From Pyrinomonadaceae bacterium (GTDB taxonomy: Bacteria > Acidobacteriota > Blastocatellia > Pyrinomonadales > Pyrinomonadaceae), in NCBI GenBank assembly GCA_035557535.1, contig DATMDU010000171.1, positions 814,622-846,621 of the forward strand: DNA of 32,000 bases, in the 5' to 3' direction. A program made the position numbers and the translations under genes. The notes beneath the pieces are model-generated. The model was given only the letters and a program-made list of their open reading frames with translations, made no database searches and was not told where the DNA came from. The first letter of the stretch is position 1; the number at the start of each line of letters is the position of its first letter. Below, one piece after another: positions 19,320-28,061 of this stretch.

Positions 19320-19571
19320 ATGATGGAAACCGCGGAAAGACGAAAATACAAAGGCGACTTTGGGGTAAACGTCGGAGCAAAGGTGCCGCCCGCAACTTTT
19401 AGCGAAATCGAGAACCTCGCGAGGGCGCTGGGAAAGACTAGAGCTGGAGTGGTTCGAATGCTGCTGAGTCGAGGGCTTGCTGATTACCGATGCGACGAGA
19501 CCCTGACGACTCAGCCGACGGTCCCGCTGGCGGAGCCGCCGGCCGGTTCCGAATCTACTGACGACAGATAG
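19320..19571 (+). CDS. Small hypothetical protein, possible ribbon-helix-helix-like
   Basis: KVPPATFSEIENLARALGKTRAGVVRMLLSRGLADY resembles an RHH/CopG-type segment. The long N-terminal extension in the track is probably not translated. Confidence 0.45.
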   Translation: MMETAERRKYKGDFGVNVGAKVPPATFSEIENLARALGKTRAGVVRMLLSRGLADYRCDETLTTQPTVPLAEPPAGSESTDDR

Positions 19572-19659
19572 AACGCCCCCGAACATTTTAGATGGGTGAT
19601 ATCGCCTCGATGCGCGAGGCTATTGGGGTCGGACAGATGTTGAGCACTTCGAGGTTGGT

Positions 19660-20916
19660 TTGAGCATGAATTATTTTCTAGCGACCGCGACCGGGGGAGA
19701 TACGAAAGTCCTTTTGACTCTCTTCATAATGCTGGTTGCGGCCAAGCTGATGGCCGAGTTGTTCGAGCGACTTCGTCAACCAGCAGTCGCGGGCGAGATA
19801 CTGGCTGGAGTCGTTATCGGCCCGAGTCTTCTCGGGTGGGCCGCTCCGTCAGAAATCACCAGTTTGCTGGCTGAGATTGGCGTCATCTTCCTGCTGTTTA
19901 CGGTTGGGCTTGAAACCAAACCTGCGGCCATCTTCAAAGTTGGAAAGCAAGCGGCGGTGGTGGCGGTACTAGGCGTGGTTGCGCCAATGCTTGGAGGTTG
20001 GCTCCTAATGCGGGCCTGGGGTAGCACGAGTATTGAAGCGCTCTTCGTTGGTACGGCAATGGTTGCGACTTCCGTAGGCATTACAGCGCGTGTTTTGTCT
20101 GGAATGGGATTGCTAGATGCGCCCACCGCTCGAATCATTCTCGGTGCTGCGGTTATCGACGACATCCTTGGCCTCTTGGTTCTTGCGATTGTGTCGAGTA
20201 TGGCAGCGGGTACGGTTAATTACCTTGAGATACTTACGACGGCTGGTCTGGCAATCGGGTTCACTGCTTTTGTCGCTCTTGTAGGAGCACCTGTCGTTAC
20301 TCGCGTAGCGCCAAGCGTTGAACGCATGCGTAGCGGGCAGGGGATCTTTATCTTCGGGCTGGTGCTCTGCCTCGGTCTATCAGTGGCGGCATCCTACATC
20401 GGAGTGGCCGCGATCATCGGCGCCTTTCTCGCCGGGATGGCCCTCTCGGAAGCAGCAGAAGACAATCCGAAGATGCATCGCCAGATGAGGGGGGTGACGG
20501 AATTCCTGGTCCCTTTCTTTCTCGTCAACATCGGGATGCAGCTTAGTCTTGGCGTCTTTCGTTCTTCATCCGTGCTCCTGCTTTGCGTTCTCGTAACTTT
20601 GGTCGCGATTGTGACCAAGTTGTTAGGGTGCGGTTTGGGCGCCTTCAACCTCGGAATGAGACGCGCAGGACAAGTAGGTATGGGAATGGTGCCGCGAGGA
20701 GAAGTCGGAATCATCGTCGCCCAGATTGGTTTAAGCCTCGCAGTAATTGGAGCGGAACTTTACGGTGTGGTCTTGTTTATGGCTGTGGCCACGACAGTGA
20801 TTGCGCCGCCATTCCTCAAGATGCTTTACGCGAGTGAGGTTGCTGCGAGGAAAGAGATTGGGCCGCCCGACGCGGGTGGCATCGTGGCGTCAGAAGAACT
20901 TTTCAAGATTGGATAA
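19660..20916 (+). CDS. Cation:proton antiporter (CPA2/Kef-type)
   Basis: LLTLFIMLVAAKLMAELFERLRQPAVAGEILAGVVIGPSLLGW; GLETKPAAIFKVG; ARIILGAAVIDDILGLLVLAIV; MGMVPRGEVGIIVAQIGLS. Confidence 0.93.
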   Translation: MSMNYFLATATGGDTKVLLTLFIMLVAAKLMAELFERLRQPAVAGEILAGVVIGPSLLGWAAPSEITSLLAEIGVIFLLFTVGLETKPAAIFKVGKQAAVVAVLGVVAPMLGGWLLMRAWGSTSIEALFVGTAMVATSVGITARVLSGMGLLDAPTARIILGAAVIDDILGLLVLAIVSSMAAGTVNYLEILTTAGLAIGFTAFVALVGAPVVTRVAPSVERMRSGQGIFIFGLVLCLGLSVAASYIGVAAIIGAFLAGMALSEAAEDNPKMHRQMRGVTEFLVPFFLVNIGMQLSLGVFRSSSVLLLCVLVTLVAIVTKLLGCGLGAFNLGMRRAGQVGMGMVPRGEVGIIVAQIGLSLAVIGAELYGVVLFMAVATTVIAPPFLKMLYASEVAARKEIGPPDAGGIVASEELFKIG

Positions 20917-20939
20917 GGCACCCGGGATCAAACGCACCG

Positions 20940-21335
20940 ATGATAAACCTGCTCGCTACAATATTAGTTTGTCTGACGGGGCTTTATCTCATTAGCTTTG
21001 CCTTAGTTATGTTGCTGGCACCGGACCGAGCCAAACGGTTTCTGAGCGGCTTTGCCAGCTCTGCTTTTACTCACTACCTGGAACTCGGACTCCGTCTTAT
21101 CGCGGGTGTTGCTATCTTGCTGTTTGCACCGCAGATGTTGTTTTCCAAATTCTTTGTCATTTGTGGCTGGATTCTCGTGGGGACCACCGTCGCTCTTTTT
21201 GCGGTTCCCTGGCGGTGGCATCAGCGCTTTGCGCGGTGGAGTGTTCCCTACGCAACTCGCAACTTGAGGCTGGTCGCCGGCACCTCGTTGGTTTTCGGCG
21301 GATTCGTTATGGCAGCAATTATTTTTCGGCACTGA
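20940..21335 (+). CDS. Small membrane protein, 3-4 TM, unknown function
   Basis: Hydrophobic 131 aa ORF directly downstream of the antiporter. Confidence 0.7.
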   Translation: MINLLATILVCLTGLYLISFALVMLLAPDRAKRFLSGFASSAFTHYLELGLRLIAGVAILLFAPQMLFSKFFVICGWILVGTTVALFAVPWRWHQRFARWSVPYATRNLRLVAGTSLVFGGFVMAAIIFRH

Positions 21336-21410
21336 GCGATGAGGCAACGCGACTGTCAATTGAGCGACCTTCTAAGATTTACTTGAGCGTGCAGATTCGG
21401 AGGTGGAATC

Positions 21411-21662
21411 ATGTTTAAGATCCAGAGAAAGTTTCTTGAAAGTTGTCTTCTTATAATGCTGCTGATCACCTTGTTTCTTCTGGCTTCATTATCCACCACA
21501 GCACAAGTCGGACGGACTCACTTGGAAAGTCGAACGTCTCGAAGTCGCAGAGCCGCTCCAACATTTCAAAGGGCCGCGACGCCGAACGATACCGGCAACG
21601 ACTCAAGTCCGCGCAAAATCATGCTGGGACTGTCAGCGTGGAGATTCGGCGAGAGTTATTAA
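21411..21662 (+). CDS. Small secreted hypothetical protein
   Basis: 83 aa with signal-like N-terminus (CLLIMLLITLFLLASLSTTAQ) and an arginine-rich tail. Confidence 0.45.
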   Translation: MFKIQRKFLESCLLIMLLITLFLLASLSTTAQVGRTHLESRTSRSRRAAPTFQRAATPNDTGNDSSPRKIMLGLSAWRFGESY

Positions 21663-21692
21663 GCACGCCAAGAGAGTAAGGTTTCAAGGAGG

Positions 21693-22718
21693 ATGGAATT
21701 GGGCCTCGTTCTGTTTTTCTTGTTCTTGACAGCCGCCCTACTGGTGGTCGCCTCGAAGACCATCCGAATTGTCCCCCAAGCTACAGTAATAATGGTTGAG
21801 CGCCTTGGCAGATTCCACAAGCTAGCAGACAGCGGCCTGCACATCCTTGTCCCATTCATCGATAAACCTCGCGGTACCTACTGGACGGGTACCTCTCCCG
21901 GCCTCTTTTCCATTGACATGCGCGAACAATTTCTTGATATGCCGCTGCAGGCCGCAATCACGCGGGATAATGTTCAGATAGTCGTCGACTCGGTGGTCTA
22001 CTGGCAGATAACAGACCCACTCAAGGCAGTATATGAAGTAGTGGATTTGATCGGTGGCATCATGCAACTGAGCGTAACCGGAATGCGCAGCGTCATGGGC
22101 GATATGGAGTTGGATCAGTGTCTCTCTTCGCGTGAGGAAATTAACGGCAAACTGCGGGTGATTCTCGATGAAGCTACTGACAAGTGGGGCGTTAAGGTGC
22201 TGCGCGTTGACGTGAAGAACATCAACCCGCCAACCGATGTGCGCGACACTATGGAAAAGCAGATGACGGCGGAGCGCAACCGCCGCGCGCTGGTACTCCA
22301 AGCTGAAGGTGAGCGCGAAGCAGCCGTCACCCGCGCCGATGGCGAAAAGCAAGCGGCGATCGCAAACGCAGAGGGCGGCAAAGCATCGGCGATTCTTCGA
22401 GCGGAGGGTGCGGCCCAAGCGCGACTGCTGACAGCACAAGCCGAAGCGGAAGCCATAACCCGCATCACCGAGGGTATGGCCCAGTCTCTGCCGCAGGATC
22501 ACCTGGAATCTCATGTGAACATGAGCGCCTCCCCGGCAAAAGCAAAACTCAACAACCCGACCCATTACCTGATCACAGCGCGATACATTGAAGGACTCAA
22601 AGACATGGCGAAGTCTGATAACACAAGAGTGATTTTTATACCCGTGCAAACCGCTCGCCTGTTAGGCAACGCCGGGGCGATAACAGAAATATTCTCGCGG
22701 GTTCGAGAAAGGACTTAG
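21693..22718 (+). CDS. SPFH/band 7 (stomatin/prohibitin-like) membrane protein
   Basis: TIRIVPQATVIMVERLGRFHKLADSGLHILVPFID; DVRDTMEKQMTAERNRRALVLQAEGEREAAVTRADGEKQAAIANAEG. Confidence 0.93.
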   Translation: MELGLVLFFLFLTAALLVVASKTIRIVPQATVIMVERLGRFHKLADSGLHILVPFIDKPRGTYWTGTSPGLFSIDMREQFLDMPLQAAITRDNVQIVVDSVVYWQITDPLKAVYEVVDLIGGIMQLSVTGMRSVMGDMELDQCLSSREEINGKLRVILDEATDKWGVKVLRVDVKNINPPTDVRDTMEKQMTAERNRRALVLQAEGEREAAVTRADGEKQAAIANAEGGKASAILRAEGAAQARLLTAQAEAEAITRITEGMAQSLPQDHLESHVNMSASPAKAKLNNPTHYLITARYIEGLKDMAKSDNTRVIFIPVQTARLLGNAGAITEIFSRVRERT

Positions 22719-22726
22719 GTTCGAAT

Positions 22727-22742
22727 TGGCGCGCCAGATGCC
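22727..22742 (+). promoter_or_regulatory. Candidate sigma-54 promoter upstream of the CNNM-type gene remnant
   Basis: TGGCgCGccagaTGCc, GG-N10-GC. 9/12 consensus match. About 155 bp upstream of the ATG. Confidence 0.35.
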
Positions 22743-22896
22743 GGCGGCATCGTAGATTCAGAAGATTAATGCGAGATTAGCTGACGGGGGAGACGGTGTA
22801 GGATCGCACCTAAGTACGCTAAATTGTCCACTGGTAAATCACCACTGACGCAGCGGTTTTTTGTATATCTGAGTTAAGGGATATGATCACACAAAA

Positions 22897-23867
22897 ATGC
22901 TTACAGTTGTTTATATAGTCGTTGTCTTTCTTCTAGTCTTTGCGAACGGCTTCTTTGTCGCCTCCGAGTTTGCACTGGTAGGTGTCCGCCGCTCTCGCAT
23001 TCAGACTCTCGCCGCATCAGGAAGTCTGAGCGCAAGGCGACTGCTTAATCTAATCGACAATCTGAATGCGTACATCTCTGCTACCCAATTGGGAATCACA
23101 ATGGCGTCCCTGGCCCTCGGATGGATTGGCGAGCCGGTCTTCGCGCACTTACTAGAAGCGCCGTTAAGAGGACGCGTTTCCGATGTAACGCTACATACAA
23201 TCTCTTTCGCGGTTGCCTTCACCATTATTACTTTCCTTCATATTGTGCTGGGCGAACTCGCTCCTAAAACGCTTGCGTTGGAAAGAGCAGAGAAAGTTGC
23301 TCTGACTATTTCATGGCCCATGCAAGCGTTTTACAAAGTCTTTCAGTGGCCCATCCGCTTGCTTGATTGGGCCGGAACACGCACGGGTCCGTCTTTTCGG
23401 ACTCCATCCGACTCAAGATCACGCTTCCGTCTACACCGAAGAAGAGTTGCGTAATCTGATAGACATCTCCCAGGAAAAGCGGACACGTCGAACCTCAGGA
23501 ACAACAGCTGATTCAGAGAGTCTTTTGAGTTTTCTGATACTGAGGTGCGGGAAGCGATGGTTCCTCGTATGCAAGTCAAAGCATTAACAGTGACGGCGAC
23601 GCTAGAAGAAATCAGGGCGACGTTTCTTTCCACCGGTTATTCACGCCTCCGGTATACGGTGAGCGATTAGATGACATCGTTGGCCTGTTATTCAGAAAAG
23701 ATGTGGATATGGGCCGCGTACCTGCTTGTGGGTTCGAACTGAGGACACTGGTCAGACCTCCAACATTCAAATTATGCGAACCGATCTCACTTCTCCACGT
23801 CCGTATGAACACAGCGTTAAAGAGTGGCACGCAGCCGCGACATCTCCTTATCATAATCTATCGTTAA
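22897..23867 (+). pseudogene. Hemolysin-C/CNNM (DUF21 + CBS) family protein, multiply frameshifted and C-terminally decayed
   Basis: Intact DUF21 part VVFLLVFANGFFVASEFALVGVRRSRI...LGWIGEPVFAHLL. CBS region split over frames: VYTEEELRNLIDISQEK / GHVEPQEQQLIQRVF / EFSDTEVREAMVPRMQVKALTVTATLEEIRATFLSTGYSRL / DDIVGLLFRKDVDMG. Confidence 0.85.
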
Positions 23868-23888
23868 TTCTCATCGAGTGTGGTTCTC

Positions 23889-24227
23889 TCAGCTGTTTGG
23901 CGCCTTGTACTGAATCACTCGCACTCTTTCGAGCGTCACTAATCCGTCGCTGATCATTTCGTCCAGGGTCGGCAAGAAGTGTTCAATGCGTTCCAAGCTG
24001 TCCGCTATTTCAATAACCATCGGCAGGTCTTCCGAAAGTCTCAGGATCTTCGCAGTATGAAGCACACTGTGCTTACCGAATCCCATTACTCCGCGCAAAA
24101 CTGTAGCGCCTGCCAAGCCAGTCTCCCTGACCTTTAGAACAATCGCCTCATATAACGGCCGATGGCCGTACTTGTCACTTTCTCCAACGAAGATCCGCAA
24201 GAGGTATCCGTCCTCAGGAGTGTGCAT
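23889..24227 (-). CDS. DUF190 domain-containing protein
   Basis: GYLLRIFVGESDKYGHRPLYEAIVLKVRETGLAGATVLRGVMGFGKHSVLHTAKILRLSEDLPMVIEIAD. Downstream of crcB, a common arrangement. Confidence 0.88.
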   Translation of the reverse strand: MHTPEDGYLLRIFVGESDKYGHRPLYEAIVLKVRETGLAGATVLRGVMGFGKHSVLHTAKILRLSEDLPMVIEIADSLERIEHFLPTLDEMISDGLVTLERVRVIQYKAPNS

Positions 24228-24238
24228 ATCGCGTCTCC

Positions 24239-24613
24239 TCATAACATCTTGCCGATAGAGTATCCGGCCCACACAAGAACCAAGCCGATCAGATTGGAAA
24301 GAGAAACATTTAGAGCTGCCAGTCCGAATTGACCGTTTTGCAGTAGGGTGAACGTCTGTAAACCGAAGGATGAAAATGTCGTAAATCCCCCCAGGAAGCC
24401 GACCATGACAATGGTCCGCACCGTCTGATTTACAAGAAAGCGTTCTTGCAGCAAATAGAAAAGCATTCCTACAAGAAAACAGCCAATGAGGTTGACGGCC
24501 AGTGTGCCTGAGGGAAATGTCCCCCCGTAGCGTCTCGCAATAACTCCAGACAGCCAGTATCTGCCCAACGTACCGATGAAACCCGCCAACCCAATCAGGA
24601 AAAGTTTGCTCAT
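24239..24613 (-). CDS. crcB: Fluoride channel CrcB/Fluc
   Basis: GLAGFIGTLGRYWLSG; GTLAVNLIGCFLVG; VGFLGGFTTFSSFGLQT; preceded by a fluoride riboswitch. Confidence 0.95.
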   Translation of the reverse strand: MSKLFLIGLAGFIGTLGRYWLSGVIARRYGGTFPSGTLAVNLIGCFLVGMLFYLLQERFLVNQTVRTIVMVGFLGGFTTFSSFGLQTFTLLQNGQFGLAALNVSLSNLIGLVLVWAGYSIGKML

Positions 24614-24634
24614 TTCGTTACTCCTAAGCGAAAA

Positions 24635-24672
24635 CTCCTAACCTTGATGCGTGCTGTGCATCCGGTTAGGAG
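24635..24672 (-). terminator. Riboswitch expression-platform hairpin, putative intrinsic terminator
   Basis: Minus strand CTCCTAACC-ggatgcacagcacgcatcaa-GGTTAGGAG then TTTT. 9-bp perfect stem with an inner GATGC/GCATC pairing. The 5' arm is the conserved CTCCTA of the aptamer. Confidence 0.65.
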
Positions 24673-24721
24673 TCATCAACTCTGCTCAAGCAGAGTGGTT
24701 ATTGGCGAACCCCATCGCCTT
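24664..24721 (-). ncRNA. Fluoride riboswitch (crcB motif) aptamer
   Basis: Minus strand AAGGCGATGGGGTTCGCCAATAACC-ACTCTGC-TTGA-GCAGAGT-TGATGACTCCTAACC matches the crcB RNA pattern (GGCGATGG.GTTCGCC...stem...TGACTCCTA), 51 bp upstream of the crcB ATG. Confidence 0.95.
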
Positions 24722-24772
24722 AAATTTTCCTGGGTATCTTACCAGAGATCCTTGGCAAGTATCCGGCAGTTT

Positions 24773-25366
24773 TCACTGCTTTCGCGGATGACTTTCGACG
24801 CATTGAAACATCCATATGTCGCCGAGATTTACCGGATGTTTGAATGGTTCATTGGCTCTGCAGCGAAGGCTTAAATTTAGGTTCCCGGCCCAGCACGGTG
24901 GGATTAAGTAAGACTCTGTTCCTACCTGGACGAGCCTAACCAACTCCTCCAGATGGTTTTCATAACGACGTTTCGTCTCAAGCAATGAGTGGTGAGCAAG
25001 GGCACGGTCGACCTCCGCCTCAACGTGTTGGATGTTGAATGGCTTCGTGATGTAGTCGAAGGCCCCGAGTCTGAGCGCCTGGATGGCGTTGTCGATGGTT
25101 TGTTGTCCGCTAATCATCATTATGACAGTGTCGGGCGCTGATTTGAGCGCATGAGGAATCATCTCCAGCCCGCTCCTGCCACTCATTCGGATGTCGCTCA
25201 GTACCAGGTCAAACTCCTCCTTTGCTAGAAGTGTCAGGGCTTCCTCAGCGGAAGTGACCGCGCTGCACTCATGACGCACACACAACATTTGCTGCGGGAC
25301 GTCTCTGATTCCAGATTCGTCATCAACGATAAGGATGCGCGACCGATTGTTACCTGAATTCTGCAT
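24773..25366 (-). CDS. Single-domain response regulator (REC) with short unassigned C-terminal tail
   Basis: RILIVDDESGIRDVPQQML...FDLVLSDIRMSGRSGLEM...AFDYITKPFN. No output domain visible. Confidence 0.85.
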   Translation of the reverse strand: MQNSGNNRSRILIVDDESGIRDVPQQMLCVRHECSAVTSAEEALTLLAKEEFDLVLSDIRMSGRSGLEMIPHALKSAPDTVIMMISGQQTIDNAIQALRLGAFDYITKPFNIQHVEAEVDRALAHHSLLETKRRYENHLEELVRLVQVGTESYLIPPCWAGNLNLSLRCRANEPFKHPVNLGDIWMFQCVESHPRKQ

Positions 25367-25378
25367 AGCTGACGTCTG

Positions 25379-27163
25379 CTAGAGGGATTTTATGGGCGCA
25401 TCCAACACGTTTCTCACCTTGCGGGCCAAAGCCTCAGTGGGAAAAGGCTTCTGGATGAAATTCGCTCCCTCATCCAGCACTCCCTGATGCACGATCGCAT
25501 TGTCCGTATAACCCGACATGAAGAGGACTTTCATGTCCGGACGTAATTGGGCCAGCCGATCAGCGAGCTCCCGTCCGCTCATCTCCGGCATAACGACATC
25601 AGTGATGAGCAGATCAATCGGCTCTTTGTGGCGCTCACAGATTAAGAGCGCTGCGCCTCCATTGGCAGCTTCCAGAACGTGATAGCCATATATTTCAAGG
25701 ACCTGGCGAGCGAGTGCACGTACCGCTTCCTCGTCTTCCGCCACCAGAACAGTTTCTGAACCTTGCATGGCTCCGTCGGTTTCGGCGCTGCGTTCAACTT
25801 CTTGTGCACCTTCATCCACCCGCGGTAGGTAGATCTTAAAGGTCGTGCCGCGCCCAACCTCGCTATAGACCCAGATGTTGCCGCCTGACTGCTTAACGAT
25901 CCCATAAACTGTGGAGAGCCCCAGGCCGGTCCCTTTGCCTGATTCCTTGGTGGTAAAGAAAGGCTCGAAAATGCGTGCCTGCGTCGGCTCATCCATTCCC
26001 ATGCCCGTATCGCTGACCGCCAACATCACGTAGGAACCAGGGACGACTGCGATATGTTTTTTAGCGTAGTCCTCATCGAGATAGACATTCTTAGTTTCAA
26101 TGGTCAATTTGCCCCCCTTGGGCATCGCGTCGCGCGCGTTGACTGCAAGATTCATTATGATCTGCTCAATCTGTCCGGGGTCGGCTCTTACGCTGCCGAG
26201 TTCAGGATCGAGCACCGTGCGAAACCCAATATCTTCGCCGATAAGACGGCGGAGCATTTTTTCCAACTCCGAGACAACCGCGTTGAGAGTCAGAATTCTT
26301 GGTTGCAGAACTTGCTTGCGGCTGAAAGCAAGGAGTTGTCGGGTTAAGCCAGCCGCTCGAGCCGCCGCCTTATTAGCCTCGCTGATATTGCGATGCAACG
26401 GATCTTCCTCGTTCAACCGCTTCAGCGTAAGATCGCCGTAACCGAGAATCACTGTCAGCAGGTTATTGAAGTCGTGCGCGATGCCACCGGCTAAGATGCC
26501 GATCGCCTCGAGCTTCTGTGACTGCCGGAGTTGTTCCTCGAGCTGTCTAACATCTGAAATATCTTGTTTGACCGCTATGTAGTTTACAATCGTTCCTGAC
26601 TTGTCGCGGACGCCTGAGATTGTGACCCTTTCAGTAAATTCAGTTCCATCCTTTTTCCGATTGATTAGCTGGCCTACCCAGACGTCACCCCTGGTGATGG
26701 TGTCCCAGAGATCACGATAAATCGCCGGGTCATTCTTTCCGCTTTTGATCACGCGTGGATTCTGGCCTACCGCTTCTTTCTTTGAAAAACCCGTAATACG
26801 CTCAAAAGCCGGATTGACGTATTCGATGAAGCCGTCGCTGTCCGTGATCATAATACTGTCTCCCGTTTGCTCGACCGCCGTCGCCAGGCGTACCAGTTCG
26901 GCCTCCGCAAGCTTGCGCTGAGAGATATCGCGAGCGATGCCGGTGACGCCTATGGGAACGCCATCGCGCAGCATTAGGCGGGTATTCACTTCGATTGGAA
27001 CGCGGTGGCCGTCTTTGGCAATTAACTCTAATTCGTAAGCGGTAGTTTCTTCGCCGGCCAGTTTGCGGGCCATCATTTCGCGCGCTTTCTCGAGATACTC
27101 CGGCGCGATTGTTTCCGTGAAATTCAGTTTGAGCGATTCGGACAGCGTATAACCTGTGATCAC
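25379..27163 (-). CDS. PAS hybrid histidine kinase with C-terminal REC, probably N-terminally truncated
   Basis: PAS segments; LEAIGILAGGIAHDFNNLLTVILGYGDL H-box; DTGMGMDEPTQARIFEPFFTTKESGKGTGLGLSTVYGI; C-terminal LVAEDEEAVRALARQVLE...DLLITDVVMPEMSG. Confidence 0.92.
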   Translation of the reverse strand: MITGYTLSESLKLNFTETIAPEYLEKAREMMARKLAGEETTAYELELIAKDGHRVPIEVNTRLMLRDGVPIGVTGIARDISQRKLAEAELVRLATAVEQTGDSIMITDSDGFIEYVNPAFERITGFSKKEAVGQNPRVIKSGKNDPAIYRDLWDTITRGDVWVGQLINRKKDGTEFTERVTISGVRDKSGTIVNYIAVKQDISDVRQLEEQLRQSQKLEAIGILAGGIAHDFNNLLTVILGYGDLTLKRLNEEDPLHRNISEANKAAARAAGLTRQLLAFSRKQVLQPRILTLNAVVSELEKMLRRLIGEDIGFRTVLDPELGSVRADPGQIEQIIMNLAVNARDAMPKGGKLTIETKNVYLDEDYAKKHIAVVPGSYVMLAVSDTGMGMDEPTQARIFEPFFTTKESGKGTGLGLSTVYGIVKQSGGNIWVYSEVGRGTTFKIYLPRVDEGAQEVERSAETDGAMQGSETVLVAEDEEAVRALARQVLEIYGYHVLEAANGGAALLICERHKEPIDLLITDVVMPEMSGRELADRLAQLRPDMKVLFMSGYTDNAIVHQGVLDEGANFIQKPFPTEALARKVRNVLDAPIKSL

Positions 27164-27198
27164 CTCTCCCGCCTTGTTGTTTGACGTATAGTTTCCTT

Positions 27199-27723
27199 TT
27201 AGGTCGTGGGTATAAATGATGAATGCGATAAAAAAAGCATCCGAGTATGCTCAACAACACCACTCAGTTTGCGACTGAGAGCTTGGGCCACTCCAAGACA
27301 AACCTTCTTGTCTCGCTCAAGCAGCCTCAGGAGATCCTCACGCGCGATAAAGTCAATCCGACAACGCACCAGCGTTTCCACTGTCGCCCCATAAGGGTGT
27401 CCTGTTAGCGTCGAGTTGATTCCCAGCAAATCGCCTGGATGCGCAATGCGGAGGACTAAAGTTTTGCCTTCGGCGGACGAGATCGAAACTTTAGCCCGTC
27501 CTTCGCAAAGCACATAAACCCCGCGCGGCGCTTGGCCTTCAACAAGAACCATGGAACCGCGCGGGTAAAATTTCCCAACCCTCACATTGTCCAGGCCACG
27601 AACTTCACTTATTGGCGAATCGCAGGGGCGTTGGGCAAAACGGTTAGCATCCTCCTCGTGCCCGACGCTCTGTGCGCTCAACATGTTCTTCGCGTGACCT
27701 TTGGCGGGGCTCCTTTTTGGCAT
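27199..27723 (-). pseudogene. CRP/FNR-family cNMP-binding regulator lacking the DNA-binding HTH domain
   Basis: GKFYPRGSMVLVEGQAPRGVYVLCEGRAKVSISSAEGKTLVLRIAHPGDLLGINSTLTGHPYGATVETLVRCRIDFIAREDLLRLL...ALSRKLSGVVEHTRMLFLS then abrupt SHSSFIPTT*. No HTH sequence follows. Confidence 0.85.
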
Positions 27724-27791
27724 TGAGTCCGTTATCGATGAAAAGGAAGTTCGGTTATCCCCTCCCCTGCTCACCCTCCATGAGTCGTGAG

Positions 27792-27807
27792 GGCAACGGA
27801 TGTGCCA
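27792..27807 (-). promoter_or_regulatory. Candidate sigma-54 promoter upstream of the CRP-family gene
   Basis: Minus strand TGGCACatccgTTGCc, GG-N10-GC. 10/12 consensus match. Predicted start near 27781 gives about a 58-nt leader to ATG 27723. Confidence 0.65.
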
Positions 27808-27987
27808 ATCGAGAGGGTGAAAGATCTTCGACTAAGTCCGATCCTAACTAAGGCATCAAGTAGATCTCTCGTGGAATATTTCACAGTCGCGTTCAACTTG
27901 TGAGAGATTCTCCCCAAACTAGTTCCAGTCCGAGCTGACGTCGTATGTTATGCTCCACAAAAATCGGTACCGGCATGCGTTGTGTTG

Positions 27988-28003
27988 TGGCTTAACCGTT
28001 GCT
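27988..28003 (+). promoter_or_regulatory. Candidate sigma-54 promoter upstream of the cytochrome/molybdoenzyme operon
   Basis: TGGCttaaccgTTGCT, GG-N10-GC. 9/12 consensus match. About 60 bp from the ATG. Confidence 0.55.
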
Positions 28004-28061
28004 TTGACTTTTTGCTGCCGGATTGTGTCGGAAAGCAGACTCTAATTGCGACTAGAGATCG

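Noticed and set aside
21822-22649. 275 aa ORF antisense to the SPFH gene
   Set aside because: Lies wholly inside a well-supported SPFH CDS. It has low-complexity, Arg/His/Cys-rich content and no recognisable domain; typical shadow ORF of a GC-rich coding strand.
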